Positions 12,272 through 21,897 of a stretch of DNA of 29,129 nt are shown in pieces. The stretch is from a virus (taxonomy: Duplodnaviria; Heunggongvirae; Uroviricota; Caudoviricetes), in IMG/VR virus record IMGVR_UViG_2728369553_000010. The stretch is one strand, 5' to 3'. Each line of letters opens with the position of its first letter. The stretch's first letter is position 1. Below the pieces are notes generated by a model. It saw only the letters and a list, made by a program, of their open reading frames with translations. It was not told the DNA's origin and made no database searches. The position numbers and the translations under genes are program-made.

Positions 12272-12687
12272 GTTTTGCCCTGAAACTGGCGCGTGAGATG
12301 GGGCGACCCGACTGGCGCGCCATGCTTGCCGGGATGTCATCCACGGAGTATGCCGACTGGCACCGCTTTTACAGTACCCATTATTTTCATGATGTTCTGC
12401 TGGATATGCACTTTTCCGGGCTGACGTACACCGTGCTCAGCCTGTTTTTCAGCGATCCGGAGATGCATCCGCTGGATTTCAGTCTGCTGAACCGGCGCGA
12501 GGCTGACGAAGAGCCTGAAGATGATGTGCTGATGCAGAAAGCGGCAGGGCTTGCCGGAGGCGTTCGTTTTGGCCCGGACGGGAATGAAGTTATCCCCGCT
12601 TCCCCGGATGTGGCGGACATGACGGAGGATGACGTAATGCTGATGACAGTATCAGAAGGGATCGCAGGAGGAGTCCGGTATGGCTGA
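11849..12687 (+). CDS. T: tail assembly chaperone G-T fusion, made by the -1 frameshift at 12247..12253 (T part about 12253..12687)
   Basis: T-frame translation ...FDGELSFALKLAREMGRPDWRAMLAGMSSTEYADWHRFYSTHYFHDVLLDMHFSGLTYTVLSLFFSDPEMHPLDFSLLNRREADEEPEDDVLMQKAAGLAGGVRFGPDGNEVIPASPDVADMTEDDVMLMTVSEGIAGGVRYG matches lambda gpT; no independent start or Shine-Dalgarno expected. Confidence 0.85.
12247..12253 (+). promoter_or_regulatory. programmed -1 ribosomal frameshift slippery heptamer G GGA AAG
   Basis: GGGAAAG sits in the G frame as G-GGA-AAG, 6 codons before the G stop; the T reading frame (open through 12687) begins here in the -1 frame, exactly as in lambda G/G-T. Confidence 0.85.
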
Positions 12688-15259
12688 ACCGGTAGGCGAT
12701 CTGGTCGTTGATTTAAGTCTGGATGCGGCCAGATTTGACGAGCAGATGGCCAGAGTCAGGCGTCATTTTTCCGGTACGGAAACTGATGCGAAAAAAACAG
12801 CGGCAGTCGTTGAACAGTCGCTGAGCCGACAGGCGCTGGCTGCACAGAAAGCGGGGATTTCCGTCGGGCAGTATAAAGCCGCCATGCGTATGCTGCCTGC
12901 ACAGTTCACCGACGTGGCCACGCAGCTTGCAGGCGGGCAAAGCCCGTGGCTGATCCTGCTGCAACAGGGTGGTCAGGTTAAGGACTCCTTCGGCGGGATG
13001 ATCCCCATGTTCAGGGGGCTTGCCGGTGCGATCACCCTGCCGATGGTGGGGGCCACCTCGCTGGCGGTGGCGACCGGTGCGCTGGCGTATGCCTGGTATC
13101 AGGGCAACTCAACCCTGTCCGATTTCAACAAAACGCTGGTCCTTTCCGGCAATCAGGCGGGACTGACGGCAGATCGTATGCTGGTCCTGTCCAGAGCCGG
13201 GCAGGCGGCAGGGCTGACGTTTAACCAGACCAGCGAGTCACTGACGGCGCTGGTGAATGCCGGTGTGCGTGGTGGTGAGCAGTTTGAGGCGATCAGCCAG
13301 AGTGTGGCGCGTTTCTCCTCTGCATCCGGCGTGGAGGTGGACAAGGTCGCTGAAGCCTTCGGGAAGCTGACCACAGACCCGACGTCGGGACTGACAGCGA
13401 TGGCACGTCAGTTCCATAACGTGACGGCGGAGCAGATTGCGTATGTTGCTCAGTTGCAGCGTTCCGGAGATGAAGCCGGGGCATTGCAGGCGGCGAACGA
13501 GGCCGCAACGAAAGGGTTTGATGACCAGACCCGCCGCCTGAAAGAGAACATGGGCACGCTGGAGACCTGGGCAGACAGGACAGCACGGGCATTCAAATCC
13601 ATGTGGGATTCGGTGCTGGATATTGGTCGCCCGGACACTGCCCAGGGAATGCTGGAGAAAGCAGAAAAGGCTTTTGATGAGGCGGACAAAAAATGGCAGT
13701 GGTATCAGAGCCGGAGCCACCGGCGCGGTAAAACCTCAGCATTTCTTGCCAATCTCCGGGGAGCATGGGAGGACAGAGCGAATGCGCAACTTGGGCTTTC
13801 AGCCGCCACGTTGCAGGCCGATCTTGAAAAGGCCAGAGAGATGGCAGCAAAGGACTGGGCCGAGTCTGAGGCATCACGGCTGAAATATACCGAAGAGGCG
13901 CAGAAGGCTTACGAACGCCTGCAGACGCCGCTGGAGAAATATACCGCCCGTCAGGAAGAACTGAACAAGGCACTGAAGGACGGGAAAATTCTGCAGGCAG
14001 ATTACAACACGCTGATGGCGGCGGCGAAAAAGGACTATGAAGCGACGCTGAAAAAGCCGAAACAGTCCGGCGTGAAGGTGTCTGCGGGCGATCGTCAGGA
14101 AGACAGTGCTCATGCTGCCCTGCTGACGCTTCAGGCAGAACTCCGGACGCTGGAGAAGCATGCCGGAGCAAATGAGAAAATCAGCCAGCAGCGCCGGGAT
14201 TTGTGGAAGGCGGAGAGTCAGTTCGCGGTACTGGAGGAGGCGGCGCAACGTCGCCAGCTGTCTGCACAGGAGAAATCCCTGCTGGCGCATAAAGATGAGA
14301 CGCTGGAGTACAAACGCCAGCTGGCTGCACTTGGCGACAAGGTTACGTATCAGGAGCGCCTGAACGCGCTGGCGCAGCAGGCGGATAAATTCGCACAGCA
14401 GCAACGGGCAAAACGGGCCGCTATTGATGCGAAAAGCCGGGGGCTGACTGACCGGCAGGCAGAACGGGAAGCCACGGAACAGCGCCTGAAGGAACAGTAT
14501 GGCGATAATCCTCTGGCGCTGAATAACGTCATGTCAGAGCAGAAAAAGACCTGGGCGGCTGAAGACCTGCTTCGCGGGAACTGGATGGCAGGCCTCAGGT
14601 CCGGCTGGAGCGAGTGGAAAGAGAGTGCCACGGACAGTATGTCGCAGGTTAAAAGTGCAGCCACGCAGACCTTTGATGGTATTGCGCAGAATATGGCGGC
14701 GATGCTGACCGGCAGTGAACAGAACTGGCGCAGCTTCACCCGCTCCGTGCTGTCCATGATGACAGAAATTCTGCTTAAGCAGGCAATGGTGGGGATTGTC
14801 GGGAGTATCGGCAGCGCCATTGGCGGGGCTGTTGGTGGCGGCGCATCCGCGTCAGGCGGTACAGCCATTCAGGCCGCTGCGGCGAAATTCCATTTTGCGA
14901 CCGGGGGATTTACGGGAACCGGCGGCAAATATGAGCCAGCGGGGATTGTTCACCGTGGTGAATTTGTCTTCACGAAGGAGGCAACCAGCCGGATTGGTGT
15001 CGGCAACCTGTACCGCCTGATGCGGGGCTATGCGGAAGGTGGTTATGTGGGCGGTGCCGGAAGTCCGGCGCAGATGCGGCGGGCTGAAGGCATTAATTTT
15101 AATCAGAACAATCACGTGGTGATTCAGAACGACGGTACGAATGGTCTGCCAGGTCCACAGATGATGAAGGCGGTGTATGACATGGCCCGCAAGGGTGCCC
15201 GTGATGAAATCCAGGCACAGATGCGCGATGGTGGTCTGTTCTCCGGAGGTGGACGATGA
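12680..15259 (+). CDS. H: tail tape measure protein H (859 aa)
   Basis: MAEPVGDLVVDLSLDAARFDEQMARVRRHFSGTETDAKKTAAVVEQSLSRQALAAQKAGISVGQYKAAMRMLPAQFTDVATQLAGGQSPWLILLQQGGQVKDSFGG... matches lambda H; ATG overlaps the T stop (ATGGCTGA); Gly-rich C-terminal region as in lambda H. Confidence 0.95.
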   Translation: MAEPVGDLVVDLSLDAARFDEQMARVRRHFSGTETDAKKTAAVVEQSLSRQALAAQKAGISVGQYKAAMRMLPAQFTDVATQLAGGQSPWLILLQQGGQVKDSFGGMIPMFRGLAGAITLPMVGATSLAVATGALAYAWYQGNSTLSDFNKTLVLSGNQAGLTADRMLVLSRAGQAAGLTFNQTSESLTALVNAGVRGGEQFEAISQSVARFSSASGVEVDKVAEAFGKLTTDPTSGLTAMARQFHNVTAEQIAYVAQLQRSGDEAGALQAANEAATKGFDDQTRRLKENMGTLETWADRTARAFKSMWDSVLDIGRPDTAQGMLEKAEKAFDEADKKWQWYQSRSHRRGKTSAFLANLRGAWEDRANAQLGLSAATLQADLEKAREMAAKDWAESEASRLKYTEEAQKAYERLQTPLEKYTARQEELNKALKDGKILQADYNTLMAAAKKDYEATLKKPKQSGVKVSAGDRQEDSAHAALLTLQAELRTLEKHAGANEKISQQRRDLWKAESQFAVLEEAAQRRQLSAQEKSLLAHKDETLEYKRQLAALGDKVTYQERLNALAQQADKFAQQQRAKRAAIDAKSRGLTDRQAEREATEQRLKEQYGDNPLALNNVMSEQKKTWAAEDLLRGNWMAGLRSGWSEWKESATDSMSQVKSAATQTFDGIAQNMAAMLTGSEQNWRSFTRSVLSMMTEILLKQAMVGIVGSIGSAIGGAVGGGASASGGTAIQAAAAKFHFATGGFTGTGGKYEPAGIVHRGEFVFTKEATSRIGVGNLYRLMRGYAEGGYVGGAGSPAQMRRAEGINFNQNNHVVIQNDGTNGLPGPQMMKAVYDMARKGARDEIQAQMRDGGLFSGGGR

Positions 15260-15585
15260 AAACCTTCCGCTGGAAAGTGAAACCCGGTATGGATGTGGCT
15301 TCGGCCCCTTCTGTAAGAAAGGTGCGCTTTGGTGATGGCTATTCCCAGCGAGCGCCTGCCGGGCTGAATGCCAACCTGAAAACGTACAGCGTGACGCTTT
15401 CTGTCCCCCGTGAGGAGGCCACGGTACTGGAGTCGTTTCTGGAAGAGCACGGGGGCTGGAAAGCCTTTCTGTGGACGCCGCCTTATGAGTGGCGGCAGAT
15501 AAAGGTGACCTGCGCAAAATGGTCGTCGCGGGTCAGTATGCTGCGTGTTGAGTTCAGCGCAGAGTTTGAACAGGTGGTGAACTGA
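15256..15585 (+). CDS. M: minor tail protein M (109 aa)
   Basis: MKTFRWKVKPGMDVASAPSVRKVRFGDGYSQRAPAGLNANLKTYSVTLSVPREEATVLESFLEEHGGWKAFLWTPPYEWRQIKVTCAKWSSRVSMLRVEFSAEFEQVVN matches lambda M; ATGA overlap with H. Confidence 0.95.
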   Translation: MKTFRWKVKPGMDVASAPSVRKVRFGDGYSQRAPAGLNANLKTYSVTLSVPREEATVLESFLEEHGGWKAFLWTPPYEWRQIKVTCAKWSSRVSMLRVEFSAEFEQVVN

Positions 15586-16283
15586 TGCAGGATATCCGGC
15601 AGGAAACACTGAATGAATGCACCCGTGCGGAGCAGTCGGCCAGCGTGGTGCTCTGGGAAATCGACCTGACAGAGGTCGGTGGAGAACGTTATTTTTTCTG
15701 TAATGAGCAGAACGAAAAAGGTGAGCCGGTCACCTGGCAGGGGCGACAGTATCAGCCGTATCCCATTCAGGGGAGTGGTTTTGAACTGAATGGCAAAGGC
15801 ACCAGTACGCGCCCCACGCTGACGGTTTCTAACCTGTACGGTATGGTCACCGAGATGGCGGAAGATCTGCAGAGTCTGGTCGGCGGAACGGTGGTCCGGC
15901 GTAAGGTTTACGCCCGTTTTCTGGATGCGGTGAACTTCGTCAACGGAAACAGCGACGCCGATCCGGAGCAGGAGGTGATCAGCCGCTGGCGCATCGAGCA
16001 GTGCAGCGAACTGAGCGCGGTCAGTGCTTCCTTTGTGCTCTCCACACCGACGGAAACGGATGGTGCCGTTTTTCCGGGCCGCATCATGCTGGCTAATACC
16101 TGCACCTGGACCTATCGCGGTGATGAGTGCGGTTATCACGGTCCGGCTGTCGCGGATGAATATGACCAGCCGACGTCCGATATCACGAAGGATAAATGCA
16201 GCAAATGCCTGAGCGGTTGTAAGTTTCGCAATAACGTCGGCAACTTTGGCGGCTTCCTTTCCATTAACAAACTTTCGCAGTAA
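15585..16283 (+). CDS. L: minor tail protein L (232 aa)
   Basis: MQDIRQETLNECTRAEQSASVVLWEIDLTEVGGERYFFCNEQNEKGEPVTWQGRQYQPYPIQGSGFELNGKG...; same length as lambda L; C-terminal Cys cluster. Confidence 0.95.
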   Translation: MQDIRQETLNECTRAEQSASVVLWEIDLTEVGGERYFFCNEQNEKGEPVTWQGRQYQPYPIQGSGFELNGKGTSTRPTLTVSNLYGMVTEMAEDLQSLVGGTVVRRKVYARFLDAVNFVNGNSDADPEQEVISRWRIEQCSELSAVSASFVLSTPTETDGAVFPGRIMLANTCTWTYRGDECGYHGPAVADEYDQPTSDITKDKCSKCLSGCKFRNNVGNFGGFLSINKLSQ

Positions 16284-16288
16284 ATCCC

Positions 16289-17032
16289 ATGACAGAGACA
16301 GAATCAGCGATTCTGGCGCACGCCCGGCGATGTGCGCCAGCGGAGTCGTGCGGCTTCGTGGTAAGCACGCCGGAAGGGGAAAGATATTTTCCCTGCGTGA
16401 ATATCTCCGGTGAGCCGGAGGCGTATTTCCGGATGGCTCCGGAGGACTGGCTGCGGGCAGAAATGCAGGGTGAGATTGTGGCGCTGGTCCACAGTCACCC
16501 CGGTGCTCTGCCCTGGCTGAGTGAGGCCGACCGGCGGCTGCAGGTGCAGAGTGATTTGCCGTGGTGGCTGGTCTGCCGGGGGGCGATTCACAAGTTCCGC
16601 TGTGTGCCACATCTTACCGGGCGGCGCTTTGAGCACGGGGTGACGGACTGTTACACGCTGTTCCGGGATGCTTACCATCTGGCGGGAATTGAGATGCCTG
16701 ATTTTCATCGTGAGGATGACTGGTGGCGTCACGGTCAGAATCTCTATCTGGATAATCTGGAGGCCACAGGGCTGTATCAGGTGCCGTTGTCAGCGGCGCA
16801 GCCGGGCGATGTGCTGCTGTGCTGTTTTGGTTCATCGGTGCCGAATCATGCCGCCATTTACTGCGGCGACGGCGAGCTGTTGCACCATATTCCTGAACAA
16901 CTGAGCAAACGAGAGAGGTACACCGACAAATGGCAGCGACGCACACACTCCCTCTGGCGTCACCGGGCATGGCACGCATCTGCCTTTACGGGGATTTACA
17001 ACGATTTGGCCGCCGCATCGACCTTCGTGTGA
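16289..17032 (+). CDS. K: tail assembly protein K (247 aa; JAB/MPN-like plus NlpC/P60-like regions)
   Basis: MTETESAILAHARRCAPAESCGFVVSTPEGERYFPCVNISGEPEAYFRMAPEDWLRAEMQGEIVALVHSHPGALPWLSEADRRL... matches lambda K (HSHP metal-binding motif present). Confidence 0.95.
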   Translation: MTETESAILAHARRCAPAESCGFVVSTPEGERYFPCVNISGEPEAYFRMAPEDWLRAEMQGEIVALVHSHPGALPWLSEADRRLQVQSDLPWWLVCRGAIHKFRCVPHLTGRRFEHGVTDCYTLFRDAYHLAGIEMPDFHREDDWWRHGQNLYLDNLEATGLYQVPLSAAQPGDVLLCCFGSSVPNHAAIYCGDGELLHHIPEQLSKRERYTDKWQRRTHSLWRHRAWHASAFTGIYNDLAAASTFV

Positions 17033-17571
17033 AAACGGGGGCCGAAGCCATCCGGGCGCTGGCCACGCAGCTTCCGTCGTTTCGCCAGAAACTGAATGAG
17101 GGCTGGTATCAGGTGCGCATTGCCGGGCGTGATGCAGGCGAAAATGAATTATCAGCCCGTCTTAATGAACCGCTGGCAAATGGTGCTGTGATCCATATCG
17201 TGCCGCGTCTGGCAGGAGCCAAAAGTGGCGGTGTGTTTCAGGCTGTGCTGGGGGCGGCTGTTATGGCGGTTGCTATATGGATGCCGGGGGTAGGAATTAT
17301 GGCGAGTAATCTGCTGTTTTCTCTCGGTGCCAGTATGGTGCTCGGTGGTGTGGCGCAGATGCTGGCACCGAAAGCCAGAACTCCCCGCACACAGACAACG
17401 GATAACGGCAAACAGAACACCTATTTTTCTTCACTGGATAATATGGTTGCCCAGGGCAATGTCCTGCCCGTTCTGTACGGTGAAATGCGTGTGGGGTCGC
17501 GGGTGGTATCTCAGGAGATCAGCACAGCAGATGAAGGGGATGGTGGTCAGGTTGTGGTGATTGGTCGCTGA
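16930..17571 (+). CDS. I: tail assembly protein I (213 aa), start embedded in the 3' end of K (103-nt overlap)
   Basis: MAATHTLPLASPGMARICLYGDLQRFGRRIDLRVKTGAEAIRALATQLPSFRQKLNEGWYQVRIAGRD... matches lambda I (ubiquitin-like N-terminus); about 10 aa shorter than the lambda I length I remember. Confidence 0.9.
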   Translation: MAATHTLPLASPGMARICLYGDLQRFGRRIDLRVKTGAEAIRALATQLPSFRQKLNEGWYQVRIAGRDAGENELSARLNEPLANGAVIHIVPRLAGAKSGGVFQAVLGAAVMAVAIWMPGVGIMASNLLFSLGASMVLGGVAQMLAPKARTPRTQTTDNGKQNTYFSSLDNMVAQGNVLPVLYGEMRVGSRVVSQEISTADEGDGGQVVVIGR

Positions 17572-17631
17572 TGCAAAATGTTTTATGTGAAACCGCCTGC
17601 GGGCGGTTTTGTCGTTTATGGAGCGTGAGGA

Positions 17632-20600
17632 ATGGGTAAAGGAAGCAGTAAGGGGCATACTCCGCGCGAAGCGAAGGACAACCTGAAGACCACGCAGTTG
17701 CTGAGTGTGATCGATGCCATCAGCGAAGGGCCGATTGAAGGTCCGGTGGAGGGATTAAAAAGCGTGCTGCTGAACAGTACGCCGGTGCTGGACAGTGAGG
17801 GGAATACCAATATCTCCGGCGTCACGGTGGTGTTCCGGGCCGGTGAGCAGGAGCAGACTCCGCCGGAGGGATTTGAATCCTCCGGCTCCGAGACGGTGTT
17901 GGGTACGGAAGTGAAATACGACACGCCGATCACCCGCGCCATCACGTCGGCAAACATCGACCGACTGCGCTTTACCTTCGGTGTGCAGGCACTGGTGGAA
18001 ACCACCTCAAAGGGGGACCGGAATCCGTCGGAAGTTCGCCTGCTGGTTCAGATACAGCGTAATGGTGGCTGGGTGACGGAAAAAGACATCACCATTAAGG
18101 GCAAAACCACCTCGCAGTATCTGGCCTCGGTGGTGGTGGATAACCTGCCGCCGCGCCCGTTTAATATCCGGATGCGCAGAATGACGCCGGACAGTACCAC
18201 AGACCAGCTGCAGAACAAAACGCTCTGGTCGTCATACACCGAAATCATCGATGTGAAACAGTGCTACCCGAACACGGCACTGGTCGGCGTACAGGTGGAT
18301 TCGGAGCAGTTCGGCAGCCAGCAGGTGAGCCGTAATTATCATCTGCGCGGGCGTATTCTGCAGGTGCCGTCGAATTATAACCCGCAGACGCGGCAATACA
18401 GCGGTATCTGGGACGGAACGTTTAAACCGGCATACAGCAACAACATGGCCTGGTGTCTGTGGGATATGCTGACCCACCCGCGCTACGGCATGGGGAAACG
18501 TCTTGGTGCGGCAGATGTGGATAAATGGGCGCTGTATGTCATCGGCCAGTACTGCGACCAGTCGGTGCCGGACGGCTTTGGCAGCACGGAGCCGCGCATC
18601 ACCTGTAATGCCTGGCTGACCACACAGCGCAAGGCGTGGGATGTGCTCAGTGATTTCTGCTCGGCGATGCGCTGTATGCCGGTATGGAACGGGCAGACGC
18701 TGACGTTCGTGCAGGACCGACCGTCGGATAAGGTGTGGACCTATAACCGCAGTAATGTGGTGATGCCGGATGATGGCGCGCCGTTCCGCTACAGCTTCAG
18801 CGCCCTGAAGGACCGCCATAATGCCGTTGAGGTGAACTGGATTGACCCGGATAACGGCTGGGAGACGGCGACAGAGCTTGTGGAGGACACGCAGGCCATT
18901 GCCCGTTACGGTCGTAATGTCACGAAGATGGATGCCTTTGGCTGTACCAGCCGGGGGCAGGCACACCGAGCCGGGCTGTGGCTGATTAAAACGGAGCTGC
19001 TGGAAACGCAGACCGTGGATTTCAGCGTCGGCGCAGAAGGGCTTCGCCATGTACCGGGCGATGTTATTGAAATCTGTGATGATGACTATGCCGGTATCAG
19101 CACCGGTGGTCGTGTGCTGGCGGTGAACAGCCTGACCCGGACGCTGACGCTTGACCGTGAAATCACGCTGCCATCCTCCGGTACCACGCTGATAAGCCTG
19201 GTTGACGGAAGTGGCAATCCGGTCAGCGTGGAGGTTCAGTCCGTCACCGACGGCGTGAAGGTGAAAGTGAGCCGTGTTCCTGACGGTGTTGCTGAATACA
19301 GCGTATGGGGGCTGAAGCTGCCGAGGCTGCGCCAGCGACTGTTCCGCTGCGTGAGTATCCGTGAGAACGACGACGGCACGTATGCCATCACCGCCGTGCA
19401 GCATGTGCCGGAAAAAGAGGTCATCGTGGATAACGGGGCGCACTTTGACGGCGAACAGAGTGGCACGGTGAACGGTGTCACGCCGCCAGCGGTGCAGCAC
19501 CTGACCGCAGAAGTCACTGCAGACAGCGGGGAATACCAGGTGCTGGCCCGCTGGGACACGCCGAAGGTGGTGAAGGGCGTGAGCTTCCTGCTTCGCCTGA
19601 CCGTGGCAGCGGATGACGGCAGTGAGCGGCTGGTCAGCACGGCCCGGACGACGGAAACCACTTACCGCTTCACACAACTGGCTCTGGGGAACTACAGGCT
19701 GACAGTCCGGGCGGTAAATGCGTGGGGGCAGCAGGGCGATCCGGCGTCGGTATCGTTCCGGATTGCCGCACCGGCAGCGCCGTCGCGGATTGAGCTGACG
19801 CCGGGCTATTTTCAGATAACCGCCACGCCGCATCTTGCGGTTTATGATCCGACGGTACAGTTTGAGTTCTGGTTCTCGGAAAAGCGGATTGCGGATATCA
19901 GGCAGGTTGAAACCACAGCACGCTATCTTGGCACGGCGCTGTACTGGATAGCCGCCAGTATCAATATCAGGCCGGGCCATAATTATTATTTTTACGTTCG
20001 CAGTGTGAACACCGTTGGCAAATCGGCATTCGTGGAGGCTGTTGGTCAGCCGAGTGATGACGCATCCGGCTATCTGGATTTTTTCAAAGGCGAGATAGGG
20101 AAAACCCATCTGGCTCAGGAGCTGTGGACGCAGATTGATAACGGTCAGCTTGCGCCTGACCTGGCTGAAATCAGGACATCCATTACGGATGTCAGCAATG
20201 AAATCACACAGACCGTCAATAAGAAACTGGAAGACCAGAGTGCAGCGATCCAGCAGATACAGAAGGTTCAGGTTGATACAAATAATAATCTGAACAGCAT
20301 GTGGGCTGTGAAGCTGCAGCAGATGCAGGACGGACGCCTTTATATTGCGGGTATCGGTGCCGGTATTGAGAACACCCCCGACGGCATGCAGAGTCAGGTG
20401 CTGCTGGCGGCAGACAGGATTGCGATGATTAATCCTGCAAATGGCAACACAAAACCGATGTTTGTTGGTCAGGGTGATCAGATATTCATGAATGAAGTGT
20501 TCCTGAAATATCTGACGGCTCCCACCATTACCAGCGGCGGTAATCCTCCTGCATTTTCCCTGACACCGGACGGAAAGCTGACCGCTAAAAATGCAGATAT

Positions 20601-21111
20601 CAGTGGCAGTGTGAATGCGAACGCCGGGACGCTCAACAACGTTACGATAAATGAAAACTGTCAGATTAAAGGGAAACTGTCAGCCAACCAGATTGAAGGC
20701 GATATTGTCAAAACAGTGGGTAAGGCTTTCCCGCGGGACTCCCGGGCACCGGAGCGGTGGCCATCAGGGACCATTACCGTCAGGATTTATGACGATCAGC
20801 CGTTTGACCGGCAGATTGTTATTCCGGCGGTGGCATTCAGCGGTGCTAAACATGAGAGAGAGCATACTGATATTTACTCCTCATGCCGCCTGATAGTGAA
20901 GAAAAATGGTGCTGAAATTTATAACCGTACCGCGCTGGATAATACGCTGATTTACAGTGGTGTTATTGATATGCCAGCTGGTCACGGCCACATGACGCTG
21001 GAGTTTTCGGTGTCAGCATGGCTGGTAAATGACTGGTATCCCACAGCAAGTATCAGCGATTTGCTGGTTGTGGTGATGAAGAAAGCCACCGCAGGCATCA
21101 GTATCAGCTGA
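17632..21111 (+). CDS. J: tail tip / central tail fibre protein J (1159 aa) with a C-terminal receptor-binding region that differs from lambda J
   Basis: [85 protein letters not shown]... is lambda-J-like for roughly the first 800 residues; the remainder is only partly similar and of lower GC. Confidence 0.95.
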   Translation: MGKGSSKGHTPREAKDNLKTTQLLSVIDAISEGPIEGPVEGLKSVLLNSTPVLDSEGNTNISGVTVVFRAGEQEQTPPEGFESSGSETVLGTEVKYDTPITRAITSANIDRLRFTFGVQALVETTSKGDRNPSEVRLLVQIQRNGGWVTEKDITIKGKTTSQYLASVVVDNLPPRPFNIRMRRMTPDSTTDQLQNKTLWSSYTEIIDVKQCYPNTALVGVQVDSEQFGSQQVSRNYHLRGRILQVPSNYNPQTRQYSGIWDGTFKPAYSNNMAWCLWDMLTHPRYGMGKRLGAADVDKWALYVIGQYCDQSVPDGFGSTEPRITCNAWLTTQRKAWDVLSDFCSAMRCMPVWNGQTLTFVQDRPSDKVWTYNRSNVVMPDDGAPFRYSFSALKDRHNAVEVNWIDPDNGWETATELVEDTQAIARYGRNVTKMDAFGCTSRGQAHRAGLWLIKTELLETQTVDFSVGAEGLRHVPGDVIEICDDDYAGISTGGRVLAVNSLTRTLTLDREITLPSSGTTLISLVDGSGNPVSVEVQSVTDGVKVKVSRVPDGVAEYSVWGLKLPRLRQRLFRCVSIRENDDGTYAITAVQHVPEKEVIVDNGAHFDGEQSGTVNGVTPPAVQHLTAEVTADSGEYQVLARWDTPKVVKGVSFLLRLTVAADDGSERLVSTARTTETTYRFTQLALGNYRLTVRAVNAWGQQGDPASVSFRIAAPAAPSRIELTPGYFQITATPHLAVYDPTVQFEFWFSEKRIADIRQVETTARYLGTALYWIAASINIRPGHNYYFYVRSVNTVGKSAFVEAVGQPSDDASGYLDFFKGEIGKTHLAQELWTQIDNGQLAPDLAEIRTSITDVSNEITQTVNKKLEDQSAAIQQIQKVQVDTNNNLNSMWAVKLQQMQDGRLYIAGIGAGIENTPDGMQSQVLLAADRIAMINPANGNTKPMFVGQGDQIFMNEVFLKYLTAPTITSGGNPPAFSLTPDGKLTAKNADISGSVNANAGTLNNVTINENCQIKGKLSANQIEGDIVKTVGKAFPRDSRAPERWPSGTITVRIYDDQPFDRQIVIPAVAFSGAKHEREHTDIYSSCRLIVKKNGAEIYNRTALDNTLIYSGVIDMPAGHGHMTLEFSVSAWLVNDWYPTASISDLLVVVMKKATAGISIS

Positions 21112-21130
21112 ATTTTATAACCCATATACG

Positions 21131-21156
21131 GGCGCCAGAAATGGCGCCTTTTTTAT
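21131..21156 (+). terminator. intrinsic terminator downstream of J
   Basis: GGCGCC(21131-21136)-AGAAAT-GGCGCC(21143-21148) followed by TTTTTTAT (21149-21156). Confidence 0.7.
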
Positions 21157-21178
21157 TGCAGAAAAGCGAGAGGTAATT

Positions 21179-21833
21179 ATGCGTAAAGTTTGTGCAGCCA
21201 TTTTGTCCACAGCCATCTGTCTGGCCGTATCCGGTGCGCCTGCATGGGCGTCTGAGCAGCAGGCCACACTGAGCGCAGGGTATCTTAATGCCCGTACGAA
21301 CGCTCCCGGCAGCGATAATCTGAACGGGATTAACGTGAAATACCGTTATGAGTTTACGGACACGCTGGGGCTGATTACGTCATTCAGTTATGCCAACGCT
21401 GAAGATGAGCAAAAAACGCATTACAGCGATACCCGCTGGCATGAAGATTCCGTGCGTAACCGCTGGTTCAGCGTAATGGCGGGGCCGTCTGTGCGCGTGA
21501 ATGAATGGTTCAGCGTGTATGCGATGGCGGGTGTGGCTTACAGCCGTGTGTNNNNNNNNNNNNNNNNNNNNNNNNNNNNNNNNNNNNNNNNNNNNNNNNN
21601 NNNNNNCGACTTTCTTCGGGGATTATCTCCGCGTAACTGACAACAAGGGGAAAACGCACGATGTGCTGACCGGAAGTGATGACGGTCGCCACAGCAACAC
21701 GTCTCTGGCGTGGGGGGCTGGCGTGCAGTTTAACCCGACCGAATCCGTGGCCATTGATATTGCTTATGAAGGCTCCGGCAGTGGTGACTGGCGCACTGAC
21801 GGTTTCATCGTGGGTGTCGGTTATAAATTCTGA
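21179..21833 (+). CDS. lom: Lom/Ail/PagC-family outer-membrane beta-barrel protein (moron); reading frame changes across the 55-nt N run, so integrity cannot be judged
   Basis: N-terminal [24 protein letters not shown] is a signal peptide; ...[12 protein letters not shown]... and C-terminal ...[42 protein letters not shown] match the lambda Lom family and end in the aromatic residue typical of OMP beta-barrels. Track ORFs 21179..21640 and 21501..21833 are in different frames. Confidence 0.75.
21552..21606. other. run of 55 ambiguous bases (N) - sequence gap or masked segment inside lom
   Basis: Directly visible. Confidence 1.
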
Positions 21834-21859
21834 TTAGCCAGGTAACACAGTGTTATGAC

Positions 21860-21886
21860 AGCCCGCCGGTTCAGGCGGGCTTTTTT
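21860..21886 (+). terminator. intrinsic terminator downstream of lom
   Basis: AGCCCGCC(21860-21867)-GGTTCA-GGCGGGCT(21874-21881) followed by TTTTTTG. Confidence 0.7.
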
Positions 21887-21897
21887 GTGGGGTGAAT

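Noticed and set aside
12253-12687. T as an independent gene with a GTG start
   Set aside because: No Shine-Dalgarno; in lambda T is made only as the G-T frameshift fusion, and the slippery heptamer is conserved here.
12713-16610. Minus-strand ORFs inside H, M, L and K (for example 13238..13720, 13593..14171, 13874..14404, 14350..14868, 14852..15517, 15483..16610)
   Set aside because: Antisense to conserved tail genes; compositional artefacts.
18232-20109. 625-aa ORF on the minus strand inside J
   Set aside because: Entirely antisense to the well-supported J gene; Arg/Pro/Ala/His-rich translation typical of the reverse strand of GC-rich coding DNA; no start context.
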